A DNA stretch of 63,931 nucleotides, filler included, from Octopus bimaculoides (lineage: Eukaryota), in the NCBI RefSeq assembly GCF_001194135.2. It is 6 parts of 6 records of this genome, joined end to end, with 100 filler letters (N's around TTAATTAATTAA, not from the genome) between each part and the next. Parts side by side here need not be neighbours in the genome. Positions count along the whole stretch, not along the records: positions 10,671 to 28,449 come from NC_068996.1; 5 more parts are not named here. One strand, 5' to 3'. A program made the position numbers and the translations under genes. Below the pieces are notes generated by a model. It saw only the letters and a program-made list of their open reading frames with translations. It had not been told where the DNA came from and made no database searches. Shown in pieces: positions 12,595 through 26,216 of the stretch (position 1 is its first letter; every line of letters starts with the position of its first letter).

Positions 12595-14140
12595 CTTTAC
12601 GATCCACACGGGTTCGATAAGATGCTATATAATACAAAGATACGATAAATAGGTGGGGGTTACAAAGACTTATAGGATGATACGGAACGGGGAAGCAAAG
12701 TTGAATCGGACGAAATGCTGTATACGTGGAAGAATTAAAATATTTTCAAGTTCTATTTATTTACACAGAACAAATAAGTACAATGAAACACGTATCAATT
12801 ATAAGAAGATACTTCTATAAAAGTTGCATGGGTCAGACAGGATTTCAATAGAGACATTTCTATGACCACATATCCTTCATGCTGCTAACCTCCATGGAGG
12901 CCTCTGTTTTCACTGAAGACTATAAACGAATGGCAGCTTTTTGTGAGGCAGTGATGTCTGTTAATGATTATCGTGCGATATTACACATAAACACACACAC
13001 AAACACACACACACAAACACACACACAAACACCCACACACATATCAGGCACATGCGCACATAAAAATATATAGTGTATACGTTAAGAACAGATATTTTAT
13101 CACTCTACCTAGGTATTGAGTACTTTTCTTTACTTAATTGTTGCATTTCACACCTGAGTGATACGATCAGGTATTTCAATATATTTCTGAATTTGCTATT
13201 GGCGCAGCACGAATATAACGTAATCAACTGCAGTACAAGTTGTCATTTATAAGTGGATAACGATAACAACAATTTTGTTTTCAAATTTTGCCACAAGGGC
13301 AGCAGTTTTGGAGGATAACTGAGTCTGTTATCCCAGAGTTGAATTGGTGCCAATGTTATGGACTCTGGAATAATTAGAAACAAAGTCAACTCCAGCGGTT
13401 CAGAGCGTAAAAACGGACGAAATGTCACTAACGTTAACAATATTATTTAATGCACAGCCGCTGGAACGCAAATAAACCTTACCTGGTTATCAGCCTGTTA
13501 GAAATAGCAATCAAATCTACTTCAAATGACACTCTAGAAAATTATACCTTATAAACCATAGCGAAATCTACAATTCAGTATTACTGACTGAATTGCCTTT
13601 TTTTGTGTCGGAAGAGAACTAAACTACTGTTAAAGGAAGGATTAAAGTTGGAGTCAATATTAAGGCAAATATGGGATTAACAGTATTTCATCCTTATTTA
13701 TATTCCGAATTCAAATTCCTTCGGGGTTGACTCTGTGTTTCATTTTCTCAGGGGTTGATAGTATAAGTCGCAAATGATGGTGTTTAAATTATCGATGTAA
13801 TCGACTTACTCCCTCTCCCGAAATCACTGTCCTTGTGCCAAAGTTTGAACCAGTATTAAGGCAATATTTTAAACTTTTCTTTCCTTTTATTTTACAATAT
13901 TTAGTCATAGGTAGGAAGATAGCGCCCATTACCTGATCCCCCAGAGTCACCTAGAGTCAAGTGGTGGTGTTAAACAAGGTGATGGATTTAGTCTACCACC
14001 CAAAATTAGGAACATTCCCAGTGATGGGCTTCTCCACGATCTTCGATAGGCATTGGTTTTACAGTTCTATGTTTAAGAGATCAGGAATTATTTATATTAT
14101 TTACATTTGACGGATATTTGTCCTCATCTTGTTTGTTGTT

Positions 14141-14186
14141 AACACAACGTTTCGGCTGATATACCCTCCAGCATTCATCAGGTGTC
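14141..14186 (-). ncRNA. minimal hammerhead motif, G10.1 mutated
   Basis: GACAC CUGAUGA A UGCUG..CAGCC GAAA C GUU|GUGUU; first pair of stem II is disrupted. Confidence 0.55.
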
Positions 14187-14246
14187 TTGGGGAAATTTTG
14201 AACCTGGGTTCTCATTCTTAAGGTATTTTTCGATGTTGTTGTTGTT

Positions 14247-14277
<31 letters not shown>

Positions 14278-14997
14278 CTTTCTTCAAATTTTCTTCCATT
14301 TCTCGCCGAGTGTTTTCCGTACACCTAGGGCAGAGAAACTTATTGTATGCATTCCCAGTTTACACACGCAAATTCACAAGTAAAACATGTATTTAAGAAA
14401 AAATAAAAATTCATGGATGGATGTTGTTTTCACAGCGATAATGCTCTTCTCAGNNNNNNNNNNNNNNNNNNNNNNNNNNNNNNNNNNNNNNNNNNNNNNN
14501 NNNNNNNNNNNNNNNNNNNNNNNNNNNNNNNNNNNNNNNNNNNNNNNNNNNNNNNNNNNNNNNNNNNNNNNNNNNNNNNNNNNNNNNNNNNNNNNNNNNN
14601 NNNNNNNNNNNNNNNNNNNNNNNNNNNNNNNNNNNNNNNNNNNNNNNNNNNNNNNNNNNNNNNNNNNNNNNNNNNNNNNNNNNNNNNNNNNNNNNNNNNN
14701 NNNNNNNNNNNNNNNNNNNNNNNNNNNNNNNNNNNNNNNNNNNNNNNNNNNNNNNNNNNNNNNNNNNNNNNNNNNNNNNNNNNNNNNNNNNNNNNNNNNN
14801 NNNNNNNNNNNNNNNNNNNNNNNNNNNNNNNNNNNNNNNNNNNNNNNNNNNNNNNNNNNNNNNNNNNNNNNNNNNNNNNNNNNNNNNNNNNNNNNNNNNN
14901 NNNNNNNTAGTAGCCCGCGATCTTAACCACTACGCCACGGGCATATGGCGTAGTGGGCTACTAACCCCAAGATTCCGGGTTCGATTCCAGGCAGTGA

Positions 14998-15048
<51 letters not shown>

Positions 15049-15103
15049 CAACAACATTGAAAAATGCCTTAGGAATGAGAACCCAGGTTCGAAATTTCCC
15101 CAA

Positions 15104-15149
15104 GATACCTGATGAAGGCTGGAGGGTGTATCAGCCGAAACGTTGTGTT
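15104..15149 (+). ncRNA. minimal type I hammerhead ribozyme motif (best copy in the window)
   Basis: GAUAC CUGAUGA A GGCUG-GAGGGUGUAU-CAGCC GAAA C GUU|GUGUU; 5-bp stems I and II; predicted cleavage after 15144. Confidence 0.75.
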
Positions 15150-15998
15150 AACAACAAACAAGATGAGAATAAATATCCGTGAAATGTAAATAGTATAAAT
15201 AATGTAAATAAGGCATTGATTTACCTAGCACTTTTAATAATAATGTCTTTATAACACGAAGAAAAGACATGGCACCATATTTTGGAATCCCAAGTGAAAT
15301 CTTGTGGCAATCTTCGCTGAGTCTTTGAAGCATTCAACATTTTAACTCACACAATAAATTTTGGCTGCTGCTGCTACTACTGCTACTACTGCTACTGCTA
15401 CTACTACTACTACTACTACTACTACTTGTGATTTCTTTCGAATAGAAGAAAGTCTGTGATTTGTTTGCTTGAATCGAACTTAGAATCATTGCGATGTTTT
15501 TCTTTATGTTTTTTTTTTGTGTTACCATTTTGGACTTCGGCAAGATGAAAGGCAGTTAACCAACTCCACGTCCATACCACTTACCGCCGCCTCCCACCTT
15601 CTGTTCCATCTTCTTCATGGAGGTTTTGAACTCAGACCAAGAAATGTATGACGTGTATAAAGCAGAGCAACACACTGCCGTCTCGACCCTTCTCCACCGA
15701 CCTCCCTAATGATAAAAATAACAAATCATGATAAGTGAAATCTCACGAATATTTCGTCTGTGTTCTGTGTGAGTGTCTGTGTGTGTGTACGTGTGAAAAT
15801 GAAAGAGAATGAGAGAAAAAGACACAGACACATACGCACAGAGACACACATACACGCACACATCAAGCACACACACACACACACACACACACATCAAGCA
15901 CACACACACACATATACATTTATATACACAAGCATCTATGAATATATATATGTATGTGTATATATATATACATACATATATATTATAGACACATATAA

Positions 15999-16043
<45 letters not shown>

Positions 16044-16859
16044 CATATGCATTGAGAGAGAGAGAGAGAAAGATGGAAGGGAACAGGGAGAGAGATGAGT
16101 GAGAACTAACGTCGCTAAGGCACGTGTCAACTAACAAGTTGAAACAGACACAGCTAAGTATAATATTGTGTAAACACTTAAGTACAGTCATAACGATGAT
16201 GATAACGGCGTCGGCGGGAGTGAATACCGCAGGAAATTATATATATTTCTTTTTGTGTGTGTGTGTGTGAGGGTTATTTTTCAGAAGGACTGTTAAAGAA
16301 ATTGTTGATATAAGGACGGTGGGTGGCAGTGTACATAGGGCGATGGAGTTACATGTCTTTTGCTATTCAACATTTCCTTCACGCTCTTTCTTAAAAATTC
16401 TGGTGATCCCGATTTTATTTTCCATTCATCAGTGAGATGTGGAAAAGAATTACCAATCAAACATTGCAGATCGATGCAACACTTTATGACTAACTCCCCA
16501 AAACTGCATGGTCCTGTATCTCTGATAGAAATCGTTATAATTTTCTTGAAGTTATTTTGACTTTGAAGTATGTAAAGAAATCACTAATTGAGCTGAGGAC
16601 AATGGATCGGCGGCATCGTTAAAATGTCAAAGAAAGTGACCTACGGTATTAGTTATAATCATTTGCGTCCTGAGTTCCATTCCACTGAGATCAATTTTAC
16701 CCTTTACCTTTCTAATGTCGATAAAATAAAATAACGGTCATGTAATAGGGTTGATATGCTTCATTTTTTCCTTCAAAATTTTCTGGTCATGTGTCTGTGT
16801 AAGAAACCGTTATTATCATATTTTTAATATCTGAGTTTCTACATCAGTTTTACTTTATT

Positions 16860-17240
16860 GTTTTCTTCACGTGCTGATGTTTCGTACGCAATGTGGTATT
16901 TGTCATTTTGGGATGTTTAGTAGTTTTGTACTTACTACATAGATCGTGCTGGATATTTTAGTGATGACGATTATTGCATAGCGTATATGGTGCTTTTGTT
17001 GAGGATAGCGAGTGTGTAGAATATGAGTTCTTGTTACTATAGTATTTGGTGTGAGTTGTGAAATAGTATGTGCACTGTTATTTTGTTGGATCGTAGTTGT
17101 ATAGAGTGTGTGCTCTATCATGTTATTATTAGGTTCTGATTTTGTTGATTATATATCGTTTCAATTGTTTAATTCTTATTGCGTATTACACACCGTCTAA
17201 CTTGTTTTATTGTTATTGAGTAATGAATGAACTATTAATT

Positions 17241-17299
<59 letters not shown>

Positions 17300-18560
17300 T
17301 GTGTATGTGTGTGCTGAGTGCGTTGTGCATGTAAATTATTCTCAGAATTGTGGGACCGAGTTCAGTTTCTGACGTGGGATGTGTACTGTGATTAGCTGGG
17401 TTACACTTTGGAATGTGCGTAACGTTGCAATTTCTGGTACAGCGTTTAATTATTTTGCTTTGGTATTTCTTTATCGTACCTTATGCATAATTATTACTGG
17501 TAGTTTTCAATTTCATACTCTAAATCCAGCTTATTTCAATTTGAAGATCTTTGTACTTTGATAGTCTCTCAATCTACTTTCGATCGATGAGCTGTTCAGA
17601 AATATTAAAGATGTCTATTAGAGGCCAAACGTTTTTTGTCCTGTACTTGGTAACTATATCTGAACTGGTTGCCTTAATCTCTTTGTTGCTTTGCACAGAC
17701 TTGTCCTAGATTATTTTTTGCCCAGGTCATTTTCATGTACTGTGTTTAGAATCTGTTTATACCACTTCACATACGTTTAAACATCTACTCGATTGTATCA
17801 ACGCATATACATTGACTTGGGAATAGTTTGACAGTTACAAATGATGTGGTCCTTTGTCTTTCGTGTTGACAGGATAGTCATATCTTCAGGTTACTTTTAC
17901 GTTGTTTTACTTTTATAATTCGTTATGTCTAAATATTGATGCTGTGTAACTAAGATTTGACCACGTCTTTCTAATTTTAGCCTAGAATTTAAGATATTGT
18001 TGGTGCCCACTCTGACTTACCTCTTCGTCCACAATTTGTAATGTAGTACCCATGGAGTGTTTTTTCTTTCAACTGTTTAAAGTATATTTTTGCATTCCGT
18101 TTTGATTTTGTTTTTCGTTATTTTGTCAATGTTTTTGATTTTGTCTTTATCTGAATCTTTTTCTTCAATATAGTTTGTTTCCAGATTGTACTTCATTAAT
18201 TTCATAGATTTCTTTTCTCTTTTTTTCTCATGTGCCCTGACTACTCTAATCATATTCCTTTCGCTTATACCAATTATTTTTCTAACCCCACTGTTGTTTC
18301 TTACTGGTGGTTTTCTATGTGCACTAGACGTCATAGTTTCTTTTCTTCTGTCTATGCCATGCATTTCAGGGCGGTGGATCGGTAATATCATTGGAGCGTT
18401 TGGGTCGAATGCACCATAGCATTTCTTTCGGTTGTTTCCGGTCTGAGTTCATCGTTCTGGAGTCGATAATGCAGCGGTTATGTACTGAGACTGATGTAAT
18501 CAATTATACTTCTTCCATTCACAAATTCCATGCTTTGTGCATAGATGGAAAATTATTAAG
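16860..18560 (-). mobile_element. highly degenerate retroelement, probably Penelope-like, split by a (GT)n tract
   Basis: A-rich - strand with eroded motifs QYLDIT (RT thumb-like) and LDGV*YAI..RYII (GIY-YIG-like); many stops. Confidence 0.4.
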
Positions 18561-18805
18561 ACTGTCATCATTATAAACCTTGCTGACATTGTCTCTTACA
18601 AGCTTCGCTATGAAACGAAATATTTTACAAGTTGCGAGAGAGCTTTTTCGTTTTGGTCAAAATACTCGTACACAGATAGCTTCCTAAAGTTTTGAGACTT
18701 TTGGAGGTTTATATTTTCCATCACATTACCCATATACAAAAAATAGCTCTGAATATTTCTCATTACATCCATAAGGAAGCTGCATTAACTCACAGCAGAG
18801 TTTTC

Positions 18806-18836
<31 letters not shown>

Positions 18837-18978
18837 CTTCTTCTTCTTCTTCTTCTTCTTCTTCTTCTTCTTCTTCTTCTTCTTCTTCTTNNNNNNNNNN
18901 NNNNNNNNNNNNNNNNNNNNNNNNNNNNNNNNNNNNNNNNNNNNNNNNNNNNNNNNNNNNNCTCCTCCTCCTCCTCCT
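18806..18978. repeat. (CTT)n/(CTC)n microsatellite spanning a gap
   Basis: Direct tandem repeat. Confidence 0.95.
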
Positions 18979-19461
18979 CCTTGCTGGTGTTGTTGCTTCA
19001 TTTGCTGCAAGAACGGTAGATGATGGAGACATTACATGAACAAATCAGAAAGACTGCATGGTGAATTGTTTATAAAACGAATGGCCTGGACAGCATGTAC
19101 AGCAGAAATGAAATGTCACGCCCCAGTACGGGACAGCCTTCTGGGATGAAAAAAAAAGGGGACACATAAATCCAGGATTACCCTTACTGTCAAGGGAAAT
19201 CTTTTCTAGCGCTATGCTCTCCAGCTTTCGAATCTATGCTAAGAATAACCGCAAACACAGTTTTTACTATAGTTTCTGTTATTTTTAATAGATAGTAGAC
19301 AAGATGGCTGAAAAGTCGAATTAAACACTTTGCTTTCTTTTCATATTCTAAATTCAAATTTACAGTCAGGATAATCATGATCGCCATATCATTCTACTCG
19401 ATAAAATTAGTACCAGTTGCACATTGTAGTCGATTTAAGTGAATACTTCCTTTCCACACAA

Positions 19462-19501
<40 letters not shown>

Positions 19502-19579
19502 ATAATAATAATAATGATAATAATGATAATAATAATAACAACAACAACAACACAACAACAACAATAATAATCCTTTCTA

Positions 19580-19778
19580 CTGTAGGTACAAGGCCTGAAA
19601 TTTCGAGGGAAGGGCTAAGTTGATTACATAGACCTCAGTACACGACTGGTACTTATTTTACCGACTCCGAAAGGATGAAAGGCAAAGTCGACCTCGGCAG
19701 AATTTGAACTGAGAAGGTATCGACGGAAGAAATACTTGTAAACATGTCGTCCAGCGTGCTAACAATTCTGCCAGCTTC
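19580..19778 (-). mobile_element. SINE family B2
   Basis: Family core present, preceded by (ACT/AAT/AAC)n. Confidence 0.85.
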
Positions 19779-20445
19779 GTTCTTATTTTAGAAAGCAATG
19801 CAAATAAGAACTCAGCACCTACTCTTTTTTTAAGAGTTTTTTTTTTGTTTTATGAAAGAATACTTTAATTTTTGTATTCCTTTATTTATTTTATTCATTA
19901 CTTTCAATCGTCGGACTGTGGTGGAACTAGAGAATTTATATTGGTTTTTAATCGATTCTACCAACCGCTTACGTTACTTATCGGGTATTCATTTTTCGAC
20001 ATGAATTATTTTCGAATGAATTATCAAGTGACCCTGGGTGGAAACTACTAACATGTTTATGTACACCAAAAACTTTACTTCTTCTGGCTGTCTCTGGTGT
20101 TATTTTGTGCCACTTGAAAAGAAGCACAACATTCAGAATATTAAATAAAAATATTTGCTACTTATAAGTTGCAACGAGTTTGCTTTAACGTGACTACTCT
20201 GTCTGCTAGAAATAACAAGACAAAAATCTCCTCCAGTATCATATCCTGCAGACATAAAACATACAGAACATCTAGGATTATGCTAATGTAATTATAAAAA
20301 TTGCAAGCAAAAAGAAATGTGTGTGTGTGTACGCATATTTGCTGGTGCATCTGTTAGTCAGTAATTGTTCATCTCTCTTGTATGTTGTCCATCGTGTTTT
20401 AAGTCTTTTTATTCGTATAACGTCTACCGCCTCAATACTGCTTAG

Positions 20446-20536
20446 AATTGCTGGCGAATCCAGAAGAATTGTACTATAGAATTAAGTCACCAGACTGCAA
20501 TCATACCGAAGCTGTGTTGATTTTGCACGAGAGATG
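20446..20536 (+). CDS. candidate internal exon of unknown product: (E)LLANPEELYYRIKSPDCNHTEAVLILHER
   Basis: CTTAG acceptor, GTGAAA donor, only one open frame; no homology recognised. Confidence 0.25.
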
Positions 20537-21243
20537 GTGAAAGGTTTTCCAACTTTTATTGTCCAAATCCGTCAATCGTTTCTATTTCGTCTAACTTTAG
20601 TTTTTACAGATATTTTACACACATGCACGCACTCATACATAAATATGTATATTGTAGTTAATCGTGTCTATGGCGCGTGCTCACACACGCACACACATGC
20701 ACGCACACGCGTGCGAACACACATGCACACAAGCGCGCGCACACACACATACACACAGGCACACACATACACACACTTAAATCATCTTGTTAAGTCAGTA
20801 CGTTTTGGAAACATCTCTCTCATCGGGAAGTGAACGAATTTAAGTTAACATGGGAAAACAGAATTTAAGGAAACAAATTAACATGCTACTAAAATAATTA
20901 TGAAATCCCAGCAGATCTTAATCCCCACCCATCAAATTGATGTTATGTTCATCTGTTATTTTTGATATAACTTATTATGTTCTGGTTATTTCACGCATGT
21001 CGTAGACAATTGCATAATTATCCACAAACAATTTATCACGGCCCCGTGTATATTACAGTAACAGTTTTGCGCCTAGTATACCTCCTCCTTTAAAGAGATA
21101 TGTTATTTGCAAAACTTAGCGGTTGTGTTTGCATACGAAACATTGCTGTTGTTGTTACTGCTCCTGGTTAAGCCAGACTAGTCAGGCGTACACGTGATCA
21201 AATGCATTCCAGCTAGCTTCATTTCATTTCTTTTCCTTCATGA

Positions 21244-21497
21244 CAGGTGTTTCTCAACAATTTTTCTCTCATAAACTCCTTTGATTCCTATTTTACTGGG
21301 ACGAGCCAGAATGACCATTGCATGTTTAAAAAACCTTACTATATTTTAAAAATTAAATATCATTAGGAATTCTATAAAAGACTTGTTTAAAATGTTTTTG
21401 GTTTTGTAGAAGCATAACCAGTTTATTGGACATAAATTTTAACAAAATCTTTTGTGGGTTCCCAAGGGTTGTTATGGACTCCAGTTGAAAACCACTG
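21244..21497. mobile_element. hAT-type MITE, degenerate
   Basis: TIR-like CAGGTGTTTCTCAAC ... GTTGAAAACCACTG; no TSD seen. Confidence 0.55.
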
Positions 21498-22666
21498 CTC
21501 TATACGTTGCATATACAATCACATTAGTACACTTTATTTTTGAAGAATTTTGTGCGATATTCAAGAGAAAACTGACTGCTATCTAGCAAGTCTAGCGCCA
21601 ACGTTGAGGTGCCTCCATTAGGTCAAAATGCGCATGTATAAAAACGGTTGGGATAGATATAACCGATTAAATTCACACCGTTACGTGATACAACTTCGCC
21701 ATTGATTATGATACAAATTTTACAACAACTTCGCCATTGATTATGATACAAATTTGACAACAACTTCGTTTCCATTAACCAGAGATATAGGGTTATGCTA
21801 ATCTATAAAAATAGTTTCAAAGTTTAGTATAAATAAGATGAATATGCACTTAGAAACGTCTTCACCCACAATACAAGGGAAGAACTCTCAAACTATACTC
21901 TACTGTCTTTAAAATCAAGACATACTGGATAATGTAGTATTTGAAGACATCTTATGGGCCCACGAACGATCCAGCTAACAGGGAGATTTTATGCCGTTCT
22001 ATAACCTGCTATAAATAGCAACCAAACCCTCCTTAGATTAAAGTCACCGTTTAGGAAAAGAATTCCTTGGATAATGTGGTCTCAAGTTTTCTGTACATGC
22101 AAAAATGTTAGGACATGGTCGGAATATCTTGATCGTAGCTCTTCTTGATGATACTAGATTTTGAGCCAAACGAAATAAACAATCAATGAATATAGAGAGA
22201 TAACTTGCTGGTTCCTGGACTTACTAGAAATACGAGCTAAGTTTCTTAGGATTCATACTTTTCTAGATTCTCTGCCTTATTGGTGGTCATTTATTTGTTC
22301 AAACAACCGAATTCTTACTCGAAGTTATCGTATCCGTAGTTGATAGTACATATCTACGTGAAACTTTAAGGAATCAACGTGAAACTATGTGACAAGGAAG
22401 GAACTTTTAATTACTGGTAATATCTATTTTTTAATGGGGAAAAGAAGAGGAAATCTTAACAAGAACAGGATTTTATTAATTCCCTAGAGAATGAAAATAA
22501 AAGTTGATCTCGGTGGGATTTTAATTGAGGGCAAAGAATCAGGACGAATACCATAACTCATTCTATCGAATGCGGTAATGATTTTTGCCAATTCAGCGTC
22601 TTATAAAGAGGAACATTGTATAATTTGGTCGTGATTATAGTCTACTTCACATACAAAACATTCCAG

Positions 22667-22749
22667 ATCACGGCTGGAATGCTATTGATCATAGGTTTGA
22701 TGAGCATGAGGCCAAAGATGACGGCAAGTGGCCATACAGCAAGGATTAA
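22667..22749 (+). CDS. candidate terminal exon: (D)HGWNAIDHRFDEHEAKDDGKWPYSKD*
   Basis: TTCCAG acceptor and protein-like composition, ending in TAA; a phase-0 frame is also open, so the frame is uncertain. Confidence 0.3.
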
Positions 22750-23464
22750 GAAAAAGCCATTCTCTGAATTTTGGCTCCTTAATTTATGTATTTCACTTGG
22801 CGATATTGGAATCGCTCACTACAGTTGTAATATACACGGCGGAAATCAGATAGCGATATATCACGAATATGTAAGTGAGGGTGATTTCCGAAATGTGAAA
22901 TGCATCTACTGGGAATTTTATAGTAAAATCTCCCCAAACATTGATTAAGTCTCCGCCATATTGTATTGATGCACATCATGTTTATTTATGTTTGAGTTAC
23001 GCATGCAACGTAAGTAACGTACAATAATTACTCTTTTGTGATATACATACACTACACGCACAATCGCGCAGTGGCACACACATACACTTAGTCAAGCACA
23101 TACAAACACATATAGATACATAAGCATACGTATGTGTGTGTATTGTGTATGTATTCGTATGTGTATATATAAACTGATATGTTTCACCTCTCCAAATCTC
23201 ACTCCCCTTCTATTTTCTTTAATAAAGCTGAGTGGACGAAATACACTATACAAAACCTGTTGGGACATTCTGATTGGTCAGAAGAGATTATTGAAACTAC
23301 TATGTAACTAACCTTTTTTGTCACACAAAGATAAATTCTTAGACCACAAACATTCTAAGAATAATATTGATTCTCTATGACAGGGGTCAAAAATCTTTGA
23401 TACGATTCGCCACGATAATCCTGAAAACTCTGTCTTTTACTCTCTCTCTCTCTCCCTACACTCT

Positions 23465-23498
<34 letters not shown>

Positions 23499-24412
23499 GT
23501 TACACTTACGAGCTACGATTGATCTTAAGGATTAGATAAAATCATGAGGTTCCCTTTTGGATTGACATTGCATCATCTATGAATTCGTCTTACAAAACTA
23601 AATTTCTATCTTTTCATTAATGGACTTCTGTCACCCCACCCCCAAAAGTGGAAAAAGGCATTGATTTCTTTCGGTAAACGAGGGAATTTCTCCGTGCTAG
23701 GTCGACCTACCTCGAATTGCTGCCCAAATCTTCCTTAAATCATACCTAACTGTCATACACAAGAGAAAGGCTATTAGATAGTGGAGTCCTAGTTACAATG
23801 TCTAAAAAAAAAAAAAAAAAGACTCCCTAATCACAACTAGAATGCCTATTCCATCGGGAAATAGCCGCCACATCTTTTCCATATCACAGCTTGTTATGTT
23901 CATAGGAGGAGCACATCGGATAATACACATATATTTCACAATGTAGCTTCATTTTATTTTCAAGTGTTACCTTTGTTTCAAGTGTCACTTTGTGTCGCCA
24001 TAACATTATATTGTTTCTATGAAACTTTATTTTCACTTTTATTGAGCTACATAATCTAGTTTGTAACTTCTCCAGACACAATCGGGTTTCTAGCAGTCAG
24101 GCGTTCATAAAAATGAATGAGTTCTTGGTACATCTCCAGTGGCACCAACACGAAATTTAAAATTAAGAAAGTGAAGTTTAATGGCAATTACAAACGAAAA
24201 CATCGTAACTATTGAAACATTTCAAACACTTTGCTCAAAAGAAACATTTCGATATAACTGCAAGGTATCCCGTCCTTTAATCATTAAAAGAGCTAAGAAA
24301 TTTTCAATTCCAAGTCATTATATTTGTAATCACCAACGTTCACCAATCCATACGTGTATATGTAAAGGAGTCGGTGTGTATGTGTGTGTACTTGCGTTTG
24401 TGCGAGCATGTG

Positions 24413-24574
24413 TTTATGTGCAGTATTTACATTATTTACATTCAACGGATATTTGTCCTCATCTTGTTTGTTGCTAACACAACGTTTCGGTTGATATACC
24501 CTCCAGCCTTCTTCAGGTGTTTTGGGGAAATTTCTAACCTGAGTTCTCATTCCTAAGGTATTTTTCGATGTTAA

Positions 24575-24626
<52 letters not shown>

Positions 24627-24763
24627 GTTCAGGTCACTGCTTGGAATCGAACTCGGAATCTTGGGGGTTAGTAGCCCGTGCTCTTAACCACTACGCCATA
24701 TGCTCACGGGCATATGGCAGTGACCTGAGCAACAACAACAACAACAACAACAATGATAATAAC

Positions 24764-24812
<49 letters not shown>

Positions 24813-24957
24813 TCGAAAAATGAGAACCCAGGTTCGAAATTTCCCCATGTCACCTGATGAAGGCTGGAGGGTGTATCAGCCGATGAGGACAGATATCCGT
24901 TGAATGTAAATAATATAAATAATGCACATAATTACTCATCTCTTAAATATAGGATTG
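24413..24957. mobile_element. palindromic tRNA-head/hammerhead element, gap-free
   Basis: Left arm (-) is complete with A/B boxes; centre GCCATATGCTC-AC-GGGCATATGGC; right arm (+) lacks the head body and the 3' half of the hammerhead. Confidence 0.9.
24476..24521 (-). ncRNA. minimal hammerhead motif
   Basis: AACAC CUGAAGA A GGCUG..CAACC GAAA C GUU|GUGUU; perfect stem I, one mismatch in stem II. Confidence 0.65.
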
Positions 24958-25759
24958 TAGGTGATTATGTGTACGTATACGAGAGAGTAAAAGTGAGCTA
25001 AGAGATATATCTCAGAGTTGCCAGTTTGATTGTGTTTATTTGTGTCCTTGCTGTTTCCACTGGCACCAGTTTCTGTAATACAGTAAAGTTCACTCAAAGC
25101 TCTGTGTTATGCTGCTATTGTAAACATCATGTGTCTCTATATTATTATAAACATCATCGCTAATAAAAACACGATCATTTCTGAAGAACTTACAGAATAT
25201 TTTATGCCACAAAGCATTATTATTTTCTAACTCATTGCTTCTGCACGACTGATACGCTGAAATGAAGGAGGGGGTCTCCTGAAAGTGAGTTTCACGATTT
25301 CCTGGTTGCTCTTTAGGGAAGACTTATCCATCTTTCTACCAAAATCAATAGCATACACTACCTACTTATAAAGTAGTCATTCATTAAACAAACTGCTCTT
25401 CACGAACGAGCGATCATATACCGGGAAAAAGTCCGTCAGACATCCCTCTCCCTTTCAGATCATGCCAATACATAAAAAGAAAGTGTTTACATTTTTACTT
25501 CATACTTATTCAAGCCATATATATATATATATAGTTTATTTCAAATAGTTATTTCAAAATTCGGTTTCATTATATTTTCAAATGTGACTTCATTTTAGCA
25601 GTACATCAATGTATATATGCACGTATATATGCATGCATTGATGTATGTAAATAGGTGGGTATTCGTATCTATGCGTGGGTATGTGTATCTATGCGTGTGC
25701 ATGCATGTATGGATGTATTTATCTCTCTCTAACTGCATAGAATATTCATACATATATGG

Positions 25760-25800
<41 letters not shown>

Positions 25801-26165
25801 TATTTATAATACGTGGAGCGGGTGTGTGTCTAATATTTGCTACAGAGATGTCGATAGAATTTCCACGCTAAGGTCAATAAATTTGACAGTACGTGTATTT
25901 GTATTTGCGTGTGGTTATCTGTATATATTTATATGCGTATGCATATATATATATATATATATATATGCATACGCATATAGTTATACATTGATGTACTGCT
26001 AAAATATATGTATGTATGTATGTATGTATGGATACACACACAAATTAAAATATATGCATAAAAATACAATTACATATATATATATATGTAGATATGCACA
26101 CGAATATACGTAAGCATACACGCTTACGTATATATATATATATATCTATATATATATATAAATAA

Positions 26166-26216
<51 letters not shown>

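Larger units (their letters stand above)
14061..15215. mobile_element. palindromic tRNA-head/hammerhead element (left arm -, right arm +), interrupted by a gap
   Basis: 14061-14260 is the reverse complement of about 15050-15215; heads meet back-to-back at 14908-15000. Confidence 0.85.

Noticed and set aside
14387-14930. Long ORFs containing X runs (also 31.2, 39.9, 44.8 and 52.2 kb)
   Set aside because: They are open only because N gaps contain no stop codons.
14936-15000. Possible tRNA genes (also 7475-7545, 24630-24700, 43919, 51133)
   Set aside because: A/B boxes are present but there is no complete cloverleaf or acceptor stem, and each is followed by a repeat body, so these are SINE-type heads.
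22009-22018. MEF2-like site CTATAAATAG as a muscle enhancer for the PDZ gene
   Set aside because: Such A/T-rich 10-mers are expected by chance in this base composition.
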